A DNA stretch of 64,000 nt from Spartobacteria bacterium (GTDB lineage Bacteria; Verrucomicrobiota; Verrucomicrobiia; Chthoniobacterales; UBA6821). The stretch covers positions 132,612 through 196,611 of the forward strand of contig CANIVT010000001.1 in the NCBI GenBank assembly GCA_947471565.1, in the 5' to 3' direction. Below the pieces are notes generated by a model. It ran no database searches, was not told where the DNA came from, and saw only the letters and a program-made list of their open reading frames with translations. Positions within the stretch are counted from its first letter, which is position 1, and each line of letters starts with the position of its first letter. A program made the position numbers and the translations under genes. Of this stretch, positions 18,825-26,947 are shown piece after piece.

Positions 18825-19580
18825 GTGATTTCTTCCGTAACGATTGTTGAAGTGCTGGAAAGAGCCCAACAGGGAATCACCAAGCCGTTTCTTTGCCGAG
18901 GTGATGATGACAGGCTTTACTACGTTAAAGGGAGGGCAGCCGGTTGTCGTTCTCTCTGTTGTGAGTGGATTGCAGGGAATCTTGCTAGAGACGTAGGCTT
19001 ACCAATACCCGAGTTTTTGATTGCGGAAGTGCCAGAGACTTTGGTGAGGGATAGCTCCCATTCCGAAATCAATGATCTCGGTTCTGGCTTTGTATTTGCA
19101 TCTTTACGAGTTGAGGGAGCACAGGAAATAACATGGCCAGAAGCCCAGGGATGTAAGATAGATGAAAAGGCATTGGTTCTTATCTTCGATTGGTGGGTGC
19201 AAAACGAGGATCGCTCTCTTTCAGTACATGGAGGAAACCCTAACCTCCTCACAACACCTTATAAAAATAAGGATATTAAATTATGGGTTTTCGACTTTAA
19301 TCTGGCTTTTGATCTCAATTTCTCAGAGGAGAAATTCAGATCAAATCATCTATTTTATGACCTTCTGTCTGAATGGCCATTGGGTTTTCGCCAGAACGTG
19401 ACTGGAAAGATGAAGGTTGCTGTTGAGCGTCTTGATGAGCTGTTTGCAGCCCTTCCTGAGGAGTGGCTCTATTTTCAGGGGGATAAAAATCTTGCGGTGC
19501 ATTTGGATAAAAATCTGGTATCAGTTATTCTCTCCATACCGTTCACCGAACCCGACCGTTTTTGGAAAAGCCTGCTATGA
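18825..19580 (+). CDS. short HipA-like (PI3/4-kinase-fold) kinase, kinase core only
   Basis: 251 aa from a GTG 9 nt after hsdS. Motifs: RLYYVKG (Lys), FDWWVQNEDRSLSVHGGNPNLL (DRH-x-x-N-like catalytic loop) and LWVFDFNLAF (DFG-like). It lacks the HipA N-terminal domains. Confidence 0.6.
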   Translation: MISSVTIVEVLERAQQGITKPFLCRGDDDRLYYVKGRAAGCRSLCCEWIAGNLARDVGLPIPEFLIAEVPETLVRDSSHSEINDLGSGFVFASLRVEGAQEITWPEAQGCKIDEKALVLIFDWWVQNEDRSLSVHGGNPNLLTTPYKNKDIKLWVFDFNLAFDLNFSEEKFRSNHLFYDLLSEWPLGFRQNVTGKMKVAVERLDELFAALPEEWLYFQGDKNLAVHLDKNLVSVILSIPFTEPDRFWKSLL

Positions 19581-20410
19581 ACCGCCCTGTCAAATATGCC
19601 TGCAATTATGCGGTGCTTCGATTCCGTCCCTACCCGGAAACGGCAGAGTTCGTGAATCTGGGGGTTGTGATGCACTGCCCAATGCTGGGTTTTTTCGATA
19701 CTCAGATTGAAACCCATAAAGTCGCAAGGGTCACAAATTTCTTTCCAGAGTTAGATCGTAAGACCTTTGCGGCGGCACGGAGGACAATTTTGGAAGAGGT
19801 GGATCGGATTAAAACAATGATTGCTCATCAAAAAGATGTTGAGGCTGGGCGCATCTTATTTGGTGAGTTGGTTCGTCCGCGTGAAGCGGTATTCCGCTTT
19901 GGAGAAATTCGCACGATTCTAACGGATGATCCAACTACTCTGGCTGGACACCTTTTTGCACAATATGTGCTTCGTCATTTTGCACAGGTCAAAGAGTATC
20001 AAGAAAACGTGATGGCTGATCGCTTCTTTAAGGCATTAAAGGAGTTTCGCCCGAACCAAACTTTTCATCGCAATAAAGCCGTAGGGACAGAAGAGTATCG
20101 AATTCGGATTCCAATATGTTCTGATTGGCGGAATCCAGAAGGTGTTCCCATGCGAGCCGTCAAGCCGTTGGATCTACAGAAGAAAGAGACTACTGATATC
20201 ATTGAGCATGGCGATTTGTGGGCTCAGCGACTTCGTAGGTTACGAATGGTAGAAAGACTTCCAGAAAGATTAATTTTTGCCGTAAGGCATCCAAAAGATA
20301 TTGCCGGTAAAAAAGCGGCTGGAGATGTGTTGGCGTCATTAAAAGACGCAGGGGGAATTTTGGTGGACGCTGCAGATACAGAAAGAATTCTCGAATTAGC
20401 AGCAGACTAA
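19577..20410 (+). CDS. DUF3037-like protein, function unknown
   Basis: The ATG at 19577 overlaps the kinase stop (ATGA). The N-terminus VKYACNYAVLRFRPYPETAEFVNLGVVM fits the pattern Y.YAV.R..P....EF.N.GV that I associate with DUF3037. 277 aa. Confidence 0.6.
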   Translation: MNRPVKYACNYAVLRFRPYPETAEFVNLGVVMHCPMLGFFDTQIETHKVARVTNFFPELDRKTFAAARRTILEEVDRIKTMIAHQKDVEAGRILFGELVRPREAVFRFGEIRTILTDDPTTLAGHLFAQYVLRHFAQVKEYQENVMADRFFKALKEFRPNQTFHRNKAVGTEEYRIRIPICSDWRNPEGVPMRAVKPLDLQKKETTDIIEHGDLWAQRLRRLRMVERLPERLIFAVRHPKDIAGKKAAGDVLASLKDAGGILVDAADTERILELAAD

Positions 20411-20421
20411 ATTGACTGCTG

Positions 20422-20541
20422 ATGAGCGGTCTGAACGAATCCCATCTCGAGGAGGCCGCGCTGGAGTGGCTGGCTGAGCTGGGCTATGCCCTCGGCCACG
20501 GGCCCGACATGGCACTGGGGAAATTCCTGATTCCTGACTGA
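20422..20541 (+). pseudogene. hsdR 5' stub (39 codons), duplicate of the start of the intact hsdR
   Basis: [33 protein letters not shown]... compared with Hsd[33 protein letters not shown].... Nt 20431-20514 align with 23712-23795 at 78/84 identity, and all 6 differences are synonymous. The stub then diverges and stops. Confidence 0.85.
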
Positions 20542-20557
20542 TTAATAGGAGAATCCC

Positions 20558-21868
20558 ATGAGCGACGAGACCCCTCAGAAAGAACTCACCCGCGAGGAAC
20601 TCTACGAGAAGGTCTGGTCGACTCCAGGGACGAAACTAGCAGAGGAACTGGGGATCTCGGATGTGGCGATCACGAAGCGCTGCAAGAAGCTGAATGTCCC
20701 CCGTCCCTCCCGCGGCTACTGGGCAAAGCTGGCGGCAGGGAGGAAATCCCCGAAGCTCCCGCTCCCTCCCACACCTGATGAGGTCTTTCTCAAGTCGGCG
20801 GAGCAATCTGTCGGCAATGAGCTTTCCCTGCCTGAATCCATGGAATCCCTTCATGAGCTTGCCGCCGCGCTGATCGCTAAGATCAAGAAGGCACATGTCG
20901 ATTCTGACAAGCGAGCCAGCTTTTACGGTGATCGCACGCTACCGGAGGTCAAGGTGACGAAGGCTCAGGCGGAGCGAGCGGCACAGGCATTCCATGTGAT
21001 TCTTCAGAAGGTGGAGCCGCTGGGGATTACGTTCCGGAAGGCCCAGAGTTCCTATGGCCCCGCCTATTTCCAGAAAAGCCATGACCGGCTGTATCTCAAG
21101 ATCGAGGAGGAGATGATCGAGAAGACACCTACAGCGAGGCGGAGTCGGTATTCCGGATATGGCTATGGACTGAGGGAGGAGAAGGTTCCCTCGGGGCGGC
21201 TGATCTTTTCCCTCAAGACGGATCGCTACGGCTCGAGTGATGAGAAGGAGTTCACCGAGAGCGAGAGGCTGCCTCTCGATAAGGTGCTCGCCCGCGTGGT
21301 CAACGAGATCCGCAGTCACTATGTGGCCGCGCAGAAGCGGCGGAAGGCCGAGGCCATCCAGCGGGAGAAGGATCGGATCGAATCGGAAATTCGCCATAAG
21401 AAATATCTCGAGGAGAGGGCCATCAAGGAAGCAGAGGAGGCGAAGAAGAATCATGCCAAGGCGCTGAAGAAAACTGCCAAGAAGCGGCAGGATGATTTCC
21501 TGAAGGCCTCCGAGTGGTGGAGGATGTTCGAGTCGGCAAATGCATTCATCGTGGCGTGTGAGCACCGATGGAAGGAGAGCCAGAGTGGGGAGCTAACCTC
21601 CGAGCAGGTGGAGTGGATCACATGGGCGCGTAACATCTCAAATGACCTATCCCCGTTTGCCTTGGGGTACCCTGAGCCATCCAAGGATGGAGCCTTCAAC
21701 CCAGAAGAGGTGCCTTTCGGAGGCCCCTATCCTGAGATACGTGACTTTCCCCGGCCCCCGACGATGCCGAAGATCCCGCCTCCTGTCGTCGAGCAGAGAG
21801 GCTATGGCTACTCCTCAACCCCAGCGCCAACCCGCTACCCCTTCTGGCTCAGGCATCAGGGCCGATGA
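20558..21868 (+). CDS. hypothetical protein: N-terminal HTH-like motif, K/E-rich coiled-coil, Pro-rich tail
   Basis: 436-aa ORF with AGGAGA upstream. The N-terminus is ELYEKVWSTPGTKLAEELGISDVAITKRCKKLNVPRPSRGYWAK. The central part is KRRKAEAIQREKDRIESEIRHKKYLEERAIKEAEEAKK. No enzymatic motif recognised. Confidence 0.55.
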   Translation: MSDETPQKELTREELYEKVWSTPGTKLAEELGISDVAITKRCKKLNVPRPSRGYWAKLAAGRKSPKLPLPPTPDEVFLKSAEQSVGNELSLPESMESLHELAAALIAKIKKAHVDSDKRASFYGDRTLPEVKVTKAQAERAAQAFHVILQKVEPLGITFRKAQSSYGPAYFQKSHDRLYLKIEEEMIEKTPTARRSRYSGYGYGLREEKVPSGRLIFSLKTDRYGSSDEKEFTESERLPLDKVLARVVNEIRSHYVAAQKRRKAEAIQREKDRIESEIRHKKYLEERAIKEAEEAKKNHAKALKKTAKKRQDDFLKASEWWRMFESANAFIVACEHRWKESQSGELTSEQVEWITWARNISNDLSPFALGYPEPSKDGAFNPEEVPFGGPYPEIRDFPRPPTMPKIPPPVVEQRGYGYSSTPAPTRYPFWLRHQGR

Positions 21869-21973
21869 GGGTCATTATCACAAATCCCTGATGGAGAGAT
21901 TCATGAGACGAAACTACTAATTATAAACGTTTTAGTAGTTGGCTAGTAGTTACAGGACTATACGGAATATATA

Positions 21974-22019
21974 TCGCCATAACTGGCGAAATATCTTGAT
22001 TAAAGCGATCAATTCGCCA
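21974..22019. promoter_or_regulatory. putative HipB operator half-sites (TCGCCA) upstream of hipB
   Basis: TCGCCA-taac-TGGCGA is an inverted repeat at 21974-21989. A third TTCGCCA lies at 22013-22019, 14 nt before the hipB ATG, in an AT-rich stretch. Confidence 0.3.
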
Positions 22020-22032
22020 TATTTGACGCATT

Positions 22033-22398
22033 ATGAAGATCTCTCTGGAGATGAATGATGGTACGATCCTCCGGGAGCTCGGGGAGAGGCTTGCCCATGC
22101 CCGCTTGGAGAGGAATCTGACGCAGGCGGCGCTGGCCGAGCAGGCCGGAGTCGCCAAGAGGACACTCGAGCGACTGGAGTCGGGTGAGGTGGCGGCTCAG
22201 CTCTCCGCGTTTCTCCGTGTCTGCCGGGTGCTTGGTCTGCTCGATCGCCTCGACGCCCTAATCCCGGAAGCCAAGCCCGGCCCGATGGAGTTGCTGAGGC
22301 TTCAGGGTAGGAAGAGGCAACGTGCCTCCAAGGCCTCTGTCCAGAAATCTGCCAGGGTCAAGGAGGGCTCCCGCTGGAGCTGGGGGGATCCGTCATGA
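22033..22398 (+). CDS. hipB: XRE-family HTH antitoxin (HipB-like)
   Basis: LRELGERLAHARLERNLTQAALAEQAGVAKRTLERLESG is a classic XRE HTH. The stop overlaps the hipA start (ATGA, 22395-22398). Confidence 0.75.
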   Translation: MKISLEMNDGTILRELGERLAHARLERNLTQAALAEQAGVAKRTLERLESGEVAAQLSAFLRVCRVLGLLDRLDALIPEAKPGPMELLRLQGRKRQRASKASVQKSARVKEGSRWSWGDPS

Positions 22399-23699
22399 TC
22401 GCGGAGGTCCGGCTCTGGGGCAGGCGGATCGGTGCTCTCTCTATGGATGAAGGGCGGGAGGTTGCGGCTTTCCAGTATGATCCGGAGTTCGCTGGGAGCG
22501 GGATTGAGATCGCTCCGCTGATGATGCCGCTGGGCGAGCGGGTGCATGAGTTCCCCGCGTTGTCCCGGGAGTCGTTTCACGGTTTGCCCGGAATGCTCGC
22601 GGATTCCCTGCCGGATAAGTTCGGCAATGCGCTGATCAATGCGTGGCTGGCAACGCAAGGGCGGACGCCGGGGAGCTTCGGTGCGCTGGAGCGTCTCTGC
22701 TACACGGGTTCCCGCGGGATGGGTGCGCTGGAGTATCTTCCCGCGCTCGGGCCGAGGCCGCGTCGTGCGGTGAAGGTGCGCATCGATGCCCTGGTCGATC
22801 TGGCCTCGGAGGTGCTCTCCCATCGGGGGGATCTGCAGGGGCATTTTCATGACGAGGGTAAGGCGAAGGCGCTGGCCGATATCCTGCGCGTGGGGACGTC
22901 GGCGGGCGGGGCCCGGGCGAAGGCTGTTATCGCTTGGAATGAGGAGACTCACGAGGTGCGCTCCGGACAGATCGAGGCCGGGGATGGCTTTGGCTACTGG
23001 CTGCTGAAGTTTGACGGGGTCTCGGGCAACCGTGACAAGGAGAATGAGGATCCCCGGGGATACGGGGTGACCGAGTATGCCTATCACCTTATGGCATGCG
23101 CGGCGGGGATCGCGATGAGCGAGTGTCGTCTGATGGAAGAGGGAGAGCGGAGGCATTTCATGACGCGGCGGTTCGACAGGCTGCCGGGTGGGGAGAAGCT
23201 GCACATGCAGTCGCTGGCGGCGCTGGCACATCTCGATTTCAACCGTGCCGGGGCTCATTCATATGAGCAGGCCTTTCTGGTGATCCAGCAACTCGGTCTG
23301 CCGATGGCCTCGGTGGAGGAGCAGTTCCGCCGGATGGCCTTCAACATCGTTGCCCGCAATCAGGACGACCATGTGAAGAATATCGCCTTCCTGATGGATC
23401 AGGATGGGGGGTGGTCGCTTTCGCCTGGCTTCGACCTGACCTACAGCTTCAATCCCGGAGGTGCCTGGACGGCCTCGCACCAGATGACGATGAACGGAAA
23501 GAGGGAGGGGTTCACGAGGGGGGATTTCGACGCCTGTGCCAAGGCGGCTGGAATGAAACGTGGGCGTGCAGGCACAATCCTCGACGAGGTGATCGCCGCC
23601 GTGAAAGACTGGCCACGCTTCGCCATACAGGCGAAGCTCTCGGAGTCGACGATGAGCAAGATCCAGAAGGTCCACCTACTCGATTTTCCGAAACAGTAA
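22395..23699 (+). CDS. hipA: type II toxin-antitoxin system HipA-family serine/threonine kinase toxin
   Basis: 434 aa. N-terminal coupling domain (VRLWGRRIGALSMDEG...FQYDPEF). GLPGMLADSLPDKFGN. Kinase core with ARNQDDHVKNIAF and LSPGFDLTYS. Confidence 0.85.
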   Translation: MIAEVRLWGRRIGALSMDEGREVAAFQYDPEFAGSGIEIAPLMMPLGERVHEFPALSRESFHGLPGMLADSLPDKFGNALINAWLATQGRTPGSFGALERLCYTGSRGMGALEYLPALGPRPRRAVKVRIDALVDLASEVLSHRGDLQGHFHDEGKAKALADILRVGTSAGGARAKAVIAWNEETHEVRSGQIEAGDGFGYWLLKFDGVSGNRDKENEDPRGYGVTEYAYHLMACAAGIAMSECRLMEEGERRHFMTRRFDRLPGGEKLHMQSLAALAHLDFNRAGAHSYEQAFLVIQQLGLPMASVEEQFRRMAFNIVARNQDDHVKNIAFLMDQDGGWSLSPGFDLTYSFNPGGAWTASHQMTMNGKREGFTRGDFDACAKAAGMKRGRAGTILDEVIAAVKDWPRFAIQAKLSESTMSKIQKVHLLDFPKQ

Positions 23700-23705
23700 C
23701 CGCCC

Positions 23706-26700
23706 ATGTCCCTGAACGAATCCCATCTCGAGGAAGCCGCGCTGGAGTGGCTGGCCGAGCTCGGCTATGCCCTCGGCCATGGACCCGACATGGCTCCGGG
23801 AGAGGTTGCTGCCGAGCGGGAGACCTTCTCCGAGGTGGTACTGAAGGGGCGTCTACGTGAGGCGATCCATCGACTCAATCCCGCGATCCCTGCCGAGGCA
23901 CGCGAGGAGGCTCTCAGGAAGGTCCTGCGCCACGAGACGACCTCCCTAATCGGGAATAACCGGGCCTTCCACCATCATCTGCGCGACGGGGTGCCGGTGG
24001 AGTATCGCCGGGCTGATGGATCTATCGCTGGGGATCGGGTACGGCTGGTGGACTTCGCTGATCCTGCCGCCAATGACTGGCTGGCGGTGAATCAGTTCAC
24101 CGTGATCGAGGGCCAGCATAACCGCCGTCCCGATGTGATCCTCTACCTGAACGGTCTGCCTCTCGCCGCGATCGAGCTCAAGAATGCTGCCGATGAGGAG
24201 GCGACGATCTGGAGCGCCTTCTCCCAGCTCCAGACCTACAAGGCGGAGATTCCCTCCCTGATGAACTACAACGAGATCCTCGTGGTCTCCGATGGTCTGC
24301 AGGCCCGGATCGGATCGCTGACGGCGAATCAGGAATGGTTCAAGGTCTGGCGCACGATCGATGGTGACGGGGATGCTCCCAAGAGCGCCCTGGAGCTGGA
24401 GGTGCTGATCCGGGGAGTCTTTGACCGGAAGCGCTTCCTCGGGCTGCTGGAGCATTTCGTGACCTACGAGGAGGACCCTGACAACGGGTCGGTCCATAAG
24501 ATCATTGCTGGGTATCATCAGTTCCACGCGGTGAATGCCGCCGTCGAGGAGACGATCCGTGCAAGCGGGATGGGCGACGAGAACCGAGCCAAGGAAGGAG
24601 ATGGGGCCTACTGGTCGGGTCGCATGGAGGAGGGAGCGCCGGGTGACCGTCGCGCCGGGGTGGTCTGGCACACGCAGGGAAGCGGCAAGAGTTTCTCGAT
24701 GCTTTTTTATGCCGGACGGATGGCCCGTCACCCTGCGATGCAGAATCCGACCCTCATTGTGCTGACCGACCGGAATGATCTCGACGATCAGCTCTTCGGC
24801 CAGTTTCAGCGCTGCCATGAGACGCTGGGTCAGATGCCCATTCAGGCAGAGAGCAGGGAGCATCTCCGAGAACTCCTCAATCGTGCCAGCGGCGGAGTCA
24901 TTTTCACAACGATTCACAAATTCGCCGCTGAGAAAGACTCGGCAAAGAAAGCCCTCTCCGAGCGCCGCAATATCGTCGTCATCGCCGACGAGGCCCATCG
25001 TTCCCAATACGACCTGATAGATGGATTCGCCCGCGACATGAGGGATGCCGTGCCCCATGCCTCGTTCATCGGATTCACCGGGACGCCGATCGAGAAGGCG
25101 GATGCCAATACGCGGGCGATCTTCGGCAACTACATCTCCGTCTATGACATCCAGCGGGCCGTGGCTGATAAAGCAACAGTCCCAATCTACTATGAGAGCC
25201 GGATTGCCAAGCTGGGGCTCAATGCCTCGGAGCTGCCGAAGCTCGACGCGGAGTTCGAGGAGATCACCGAGGGCGAGGAGGAGGGGAGTCGGGAAAAGCT
25301 CAAGACGAAGTGGGCCGCGCTGGAGGCTCTGGTCGGAGATCCGAAGAGGATCGCCCTGATCGCCAAGGATCTCGTGGAGCACTTCGAAAAGCGTCTCGAG
25401 GCGATGGATGGCAAGGCGATGGTCGTCTGCATGAGCCGCCGCATCTGCGTCGATCTCCACGAGGCGATCCTGAAGCTTCGCCCCGAGTGGGCCAGTGCCA
25501 AGGATGACGATTCCGAAGGCGAGAAGGGGAAAGCGTGCGTGGTGAAGGTCGTCATGACCGGAAGTGCCAGCGATGGCCCCGAGTGGCAGCAGCACATCCG
25601 CAACAAGGAGAAGCGCCGAAAGCTCGCCAACCGCTTCAAGGACAGCAAGGACCCCTTCCGTATCGTGATTGTCCGAGACATGTGGCTGACGGGATTCGAC
25701 GCTCCGTGCCTTCACACCATGTATGCCGACAAGCCGATGCGCGGCCACGGGCTTATGCAGGCGATCGCTCGGGTGAACCGGGTCTTCCGCGACAAACCGG
25801 GTGGACTGATTGTCGATTACCTCGGGCTAGCCGATCAACTTAAGCAGGCGCTGGCCACCTACACGGAGAGCGGAGGCCAGGGTCATCCCACCTATGACGA
25901 GAAGCAGGCCATCGCGATCCTTCTGGAGAAGCACCAGATCGCCTCCGACATGCTCCATGGCTACGACTGGTCCAAGTGGGCGACGGGTTCCTCGGCAGAA
26001 AAAATCAAACTCATCCCCGGAGCGCAGGAGCATATTCTGGAACAGGAGGACGGGAAGAAACGCTTCGTCCAGGTCGTGACGGAACTCTCGCGGGCCTTTG
26101 CCCTTTCGGCGGCCAGCGATGAGGCCACGGCCATCCGGGATGACGTCGCCTTCTTCCAGGCCGTACAGGTGGCCCTCAACAAGCAGGAGAGTAAGAGCGG
26201 TAAGAATCCCGAGCAACTCGACGCGGCCGTTCGCCAGCTTGTCTCCAAGGCGATTACGACAGAGGGACAGGTGATCGATGTCTTTACGGCGGCGGGACTA
26301 CCCCGTCCTGACATAGGCATCCTCTCGGACAAGTTCCTCGCCGAGGTGAGGGGGTTGAAGCACAAGAACGTCGCCGCCGAACTGCTGGAGAAGCTCCTCA
26401 AAGATGAGCTCAAGGTCCGATCCAAGCGGAATTTCGTCCAGGCCAAGCAATTCAGCGATAAGCTGAAGCAGACCCTCAACGGCTACCATAACCGCGCCAT
26501 CTCCACGATGGAGGTGATCGAGGAGCTGATCAAGCTGGCCAAGGAACTCGACTCCGCCACCAAGCGGGGCGTCGATCTCGGGCTCACCGATGACGAGGTG
26601 GCTTTCTACGATGCACTCGCCGCCAATGAGTCAGCCGTCCGAGCGCTCGGCAATGAGCAACTCAAGGTGATCGCCAGCGAACTCATCACTCAGGTACGCA

Positions 26701-26864
26701 AGAGTGCCACGATCGACTGGACCCTCCGGGAAAGTGCCCGAGCCAAGATCCGCGTCATCGTGAAGCGCATCCTTAACAAATACGGCTACCCACCAGACCT
26801 CCAGGACCCAGCCGTCCAAACCGTCCTCCAACAGGCCGAACTCCTCTGTGCTGAGGTGGTGTAA
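23706..26864 (+). CDS. hsdR: type I restriction-modification system, endonuclease/helicase subunit R
   Basis: 1052 aa. N-terminal nuclease region ([19 protein letters not shown]). Walker A-like [12 protein letters not shown] box [10 protein letters not shown]. Motif VI-type QAIARVNR. Confidence 0.9.
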   Translation: MSLNESHLEEAALEWLAELGYALGHGPDMAPGEVAAERETFSEVVLKGRLREAIHRLNPAIPAEAREEALRKVLRHETTSLIGNNRAFHHHLRDGVPVEYRRADGSIAGDRVRLVDFADPAANDWLAVNQFTVIEGQHNRRPDVILYLNGLPLAAIELKNAADEEATIWSAFSQLQTYKAEIPSLMNYNEILVVSDGLQARIGSLTANQEWFKVWRTIDGDGDAPKSALELEVLIRGVFDRKRFLGLLEHFVTYEEDPDNGSVHKIIAGYHQFHAVNAAVEETIRASGMGDENRAKEGDGAYWSGRMEEGAPGDRRAGVVWHTQGSGKSFSMLFYAGRMARHPAMQNPTLIVLTDRNDLDDQLFGQFQRCHETLGQMPIQAESREHLRELLNRASGGVIFTTIHKFAAEKDSAKKALSERRNIVVIADEAHRSQYDLIDGFARDMRDAVPHASFIGFTGTPIEKADANTRAIFGNYISVYDIQRAVADKATVPIYYESRIAKLGLNASELPKLDAEFEEITEGEEEGSREKLKTKWAALEALVGDPKRIALIAKDLVEHFEKRLEAMDGKAMVVCMSRRICVDLHEAILKLRPEWASAKDDDSEGEKGKACVVKVVMTGSASDGPEWQQHIRNKEKRRKLANRFKDSKDPFRIVIVRDMWLTGFDAPCLHTMYADKPMRGHGLMQAIARVNRVFRDKPGGLIVDYLGLADQLKQALATYTESGGQGHPTYDEKQAIAILLEKHQIASDMLHGYDWSKWATGSSAEKIKLIPGAQEHILEQEDGKKRFVQVVTELSRAFALSAASDEATAIRDDVAFFQAVQVALNKQESKSGKNPEQLDAAVRQLVSKAITTEGQVIDVFTAAGLPRPDIGILSDKFLAEVRGLKHKNVAAELLEKLLKDELKVRSKRNFVQAKQFSDKLKQTLNGYHNRAISTMEVIEELIKLAKELDSATKRGVDLGLTDDEVAFYDALAANESAVRALGNEQLKVIASELITQVRKSATIDWTLRESARAKIRVIVKRILNKYGYPPDLQDPAVQTVLQQAELLCAEVV

Positions 26865-26947
26865 CGGTAACACATCACCTTTACTGAGTTTCAGATTCAA
26901 AATCCCCCTGCATTGACTGGGCACCTCTCTTCGCAGAGAATCGACCT

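Noticed and set aside
23946-25748. 600-aa minus-strand ORF antisense to hsdR (similarly 14777..15790 antisense to hsdM)
   Set aside because: No motifs, and fully nested antisense to genes with clear helicase or methyltransferase signatures. This is a GC-rich frame artefact.
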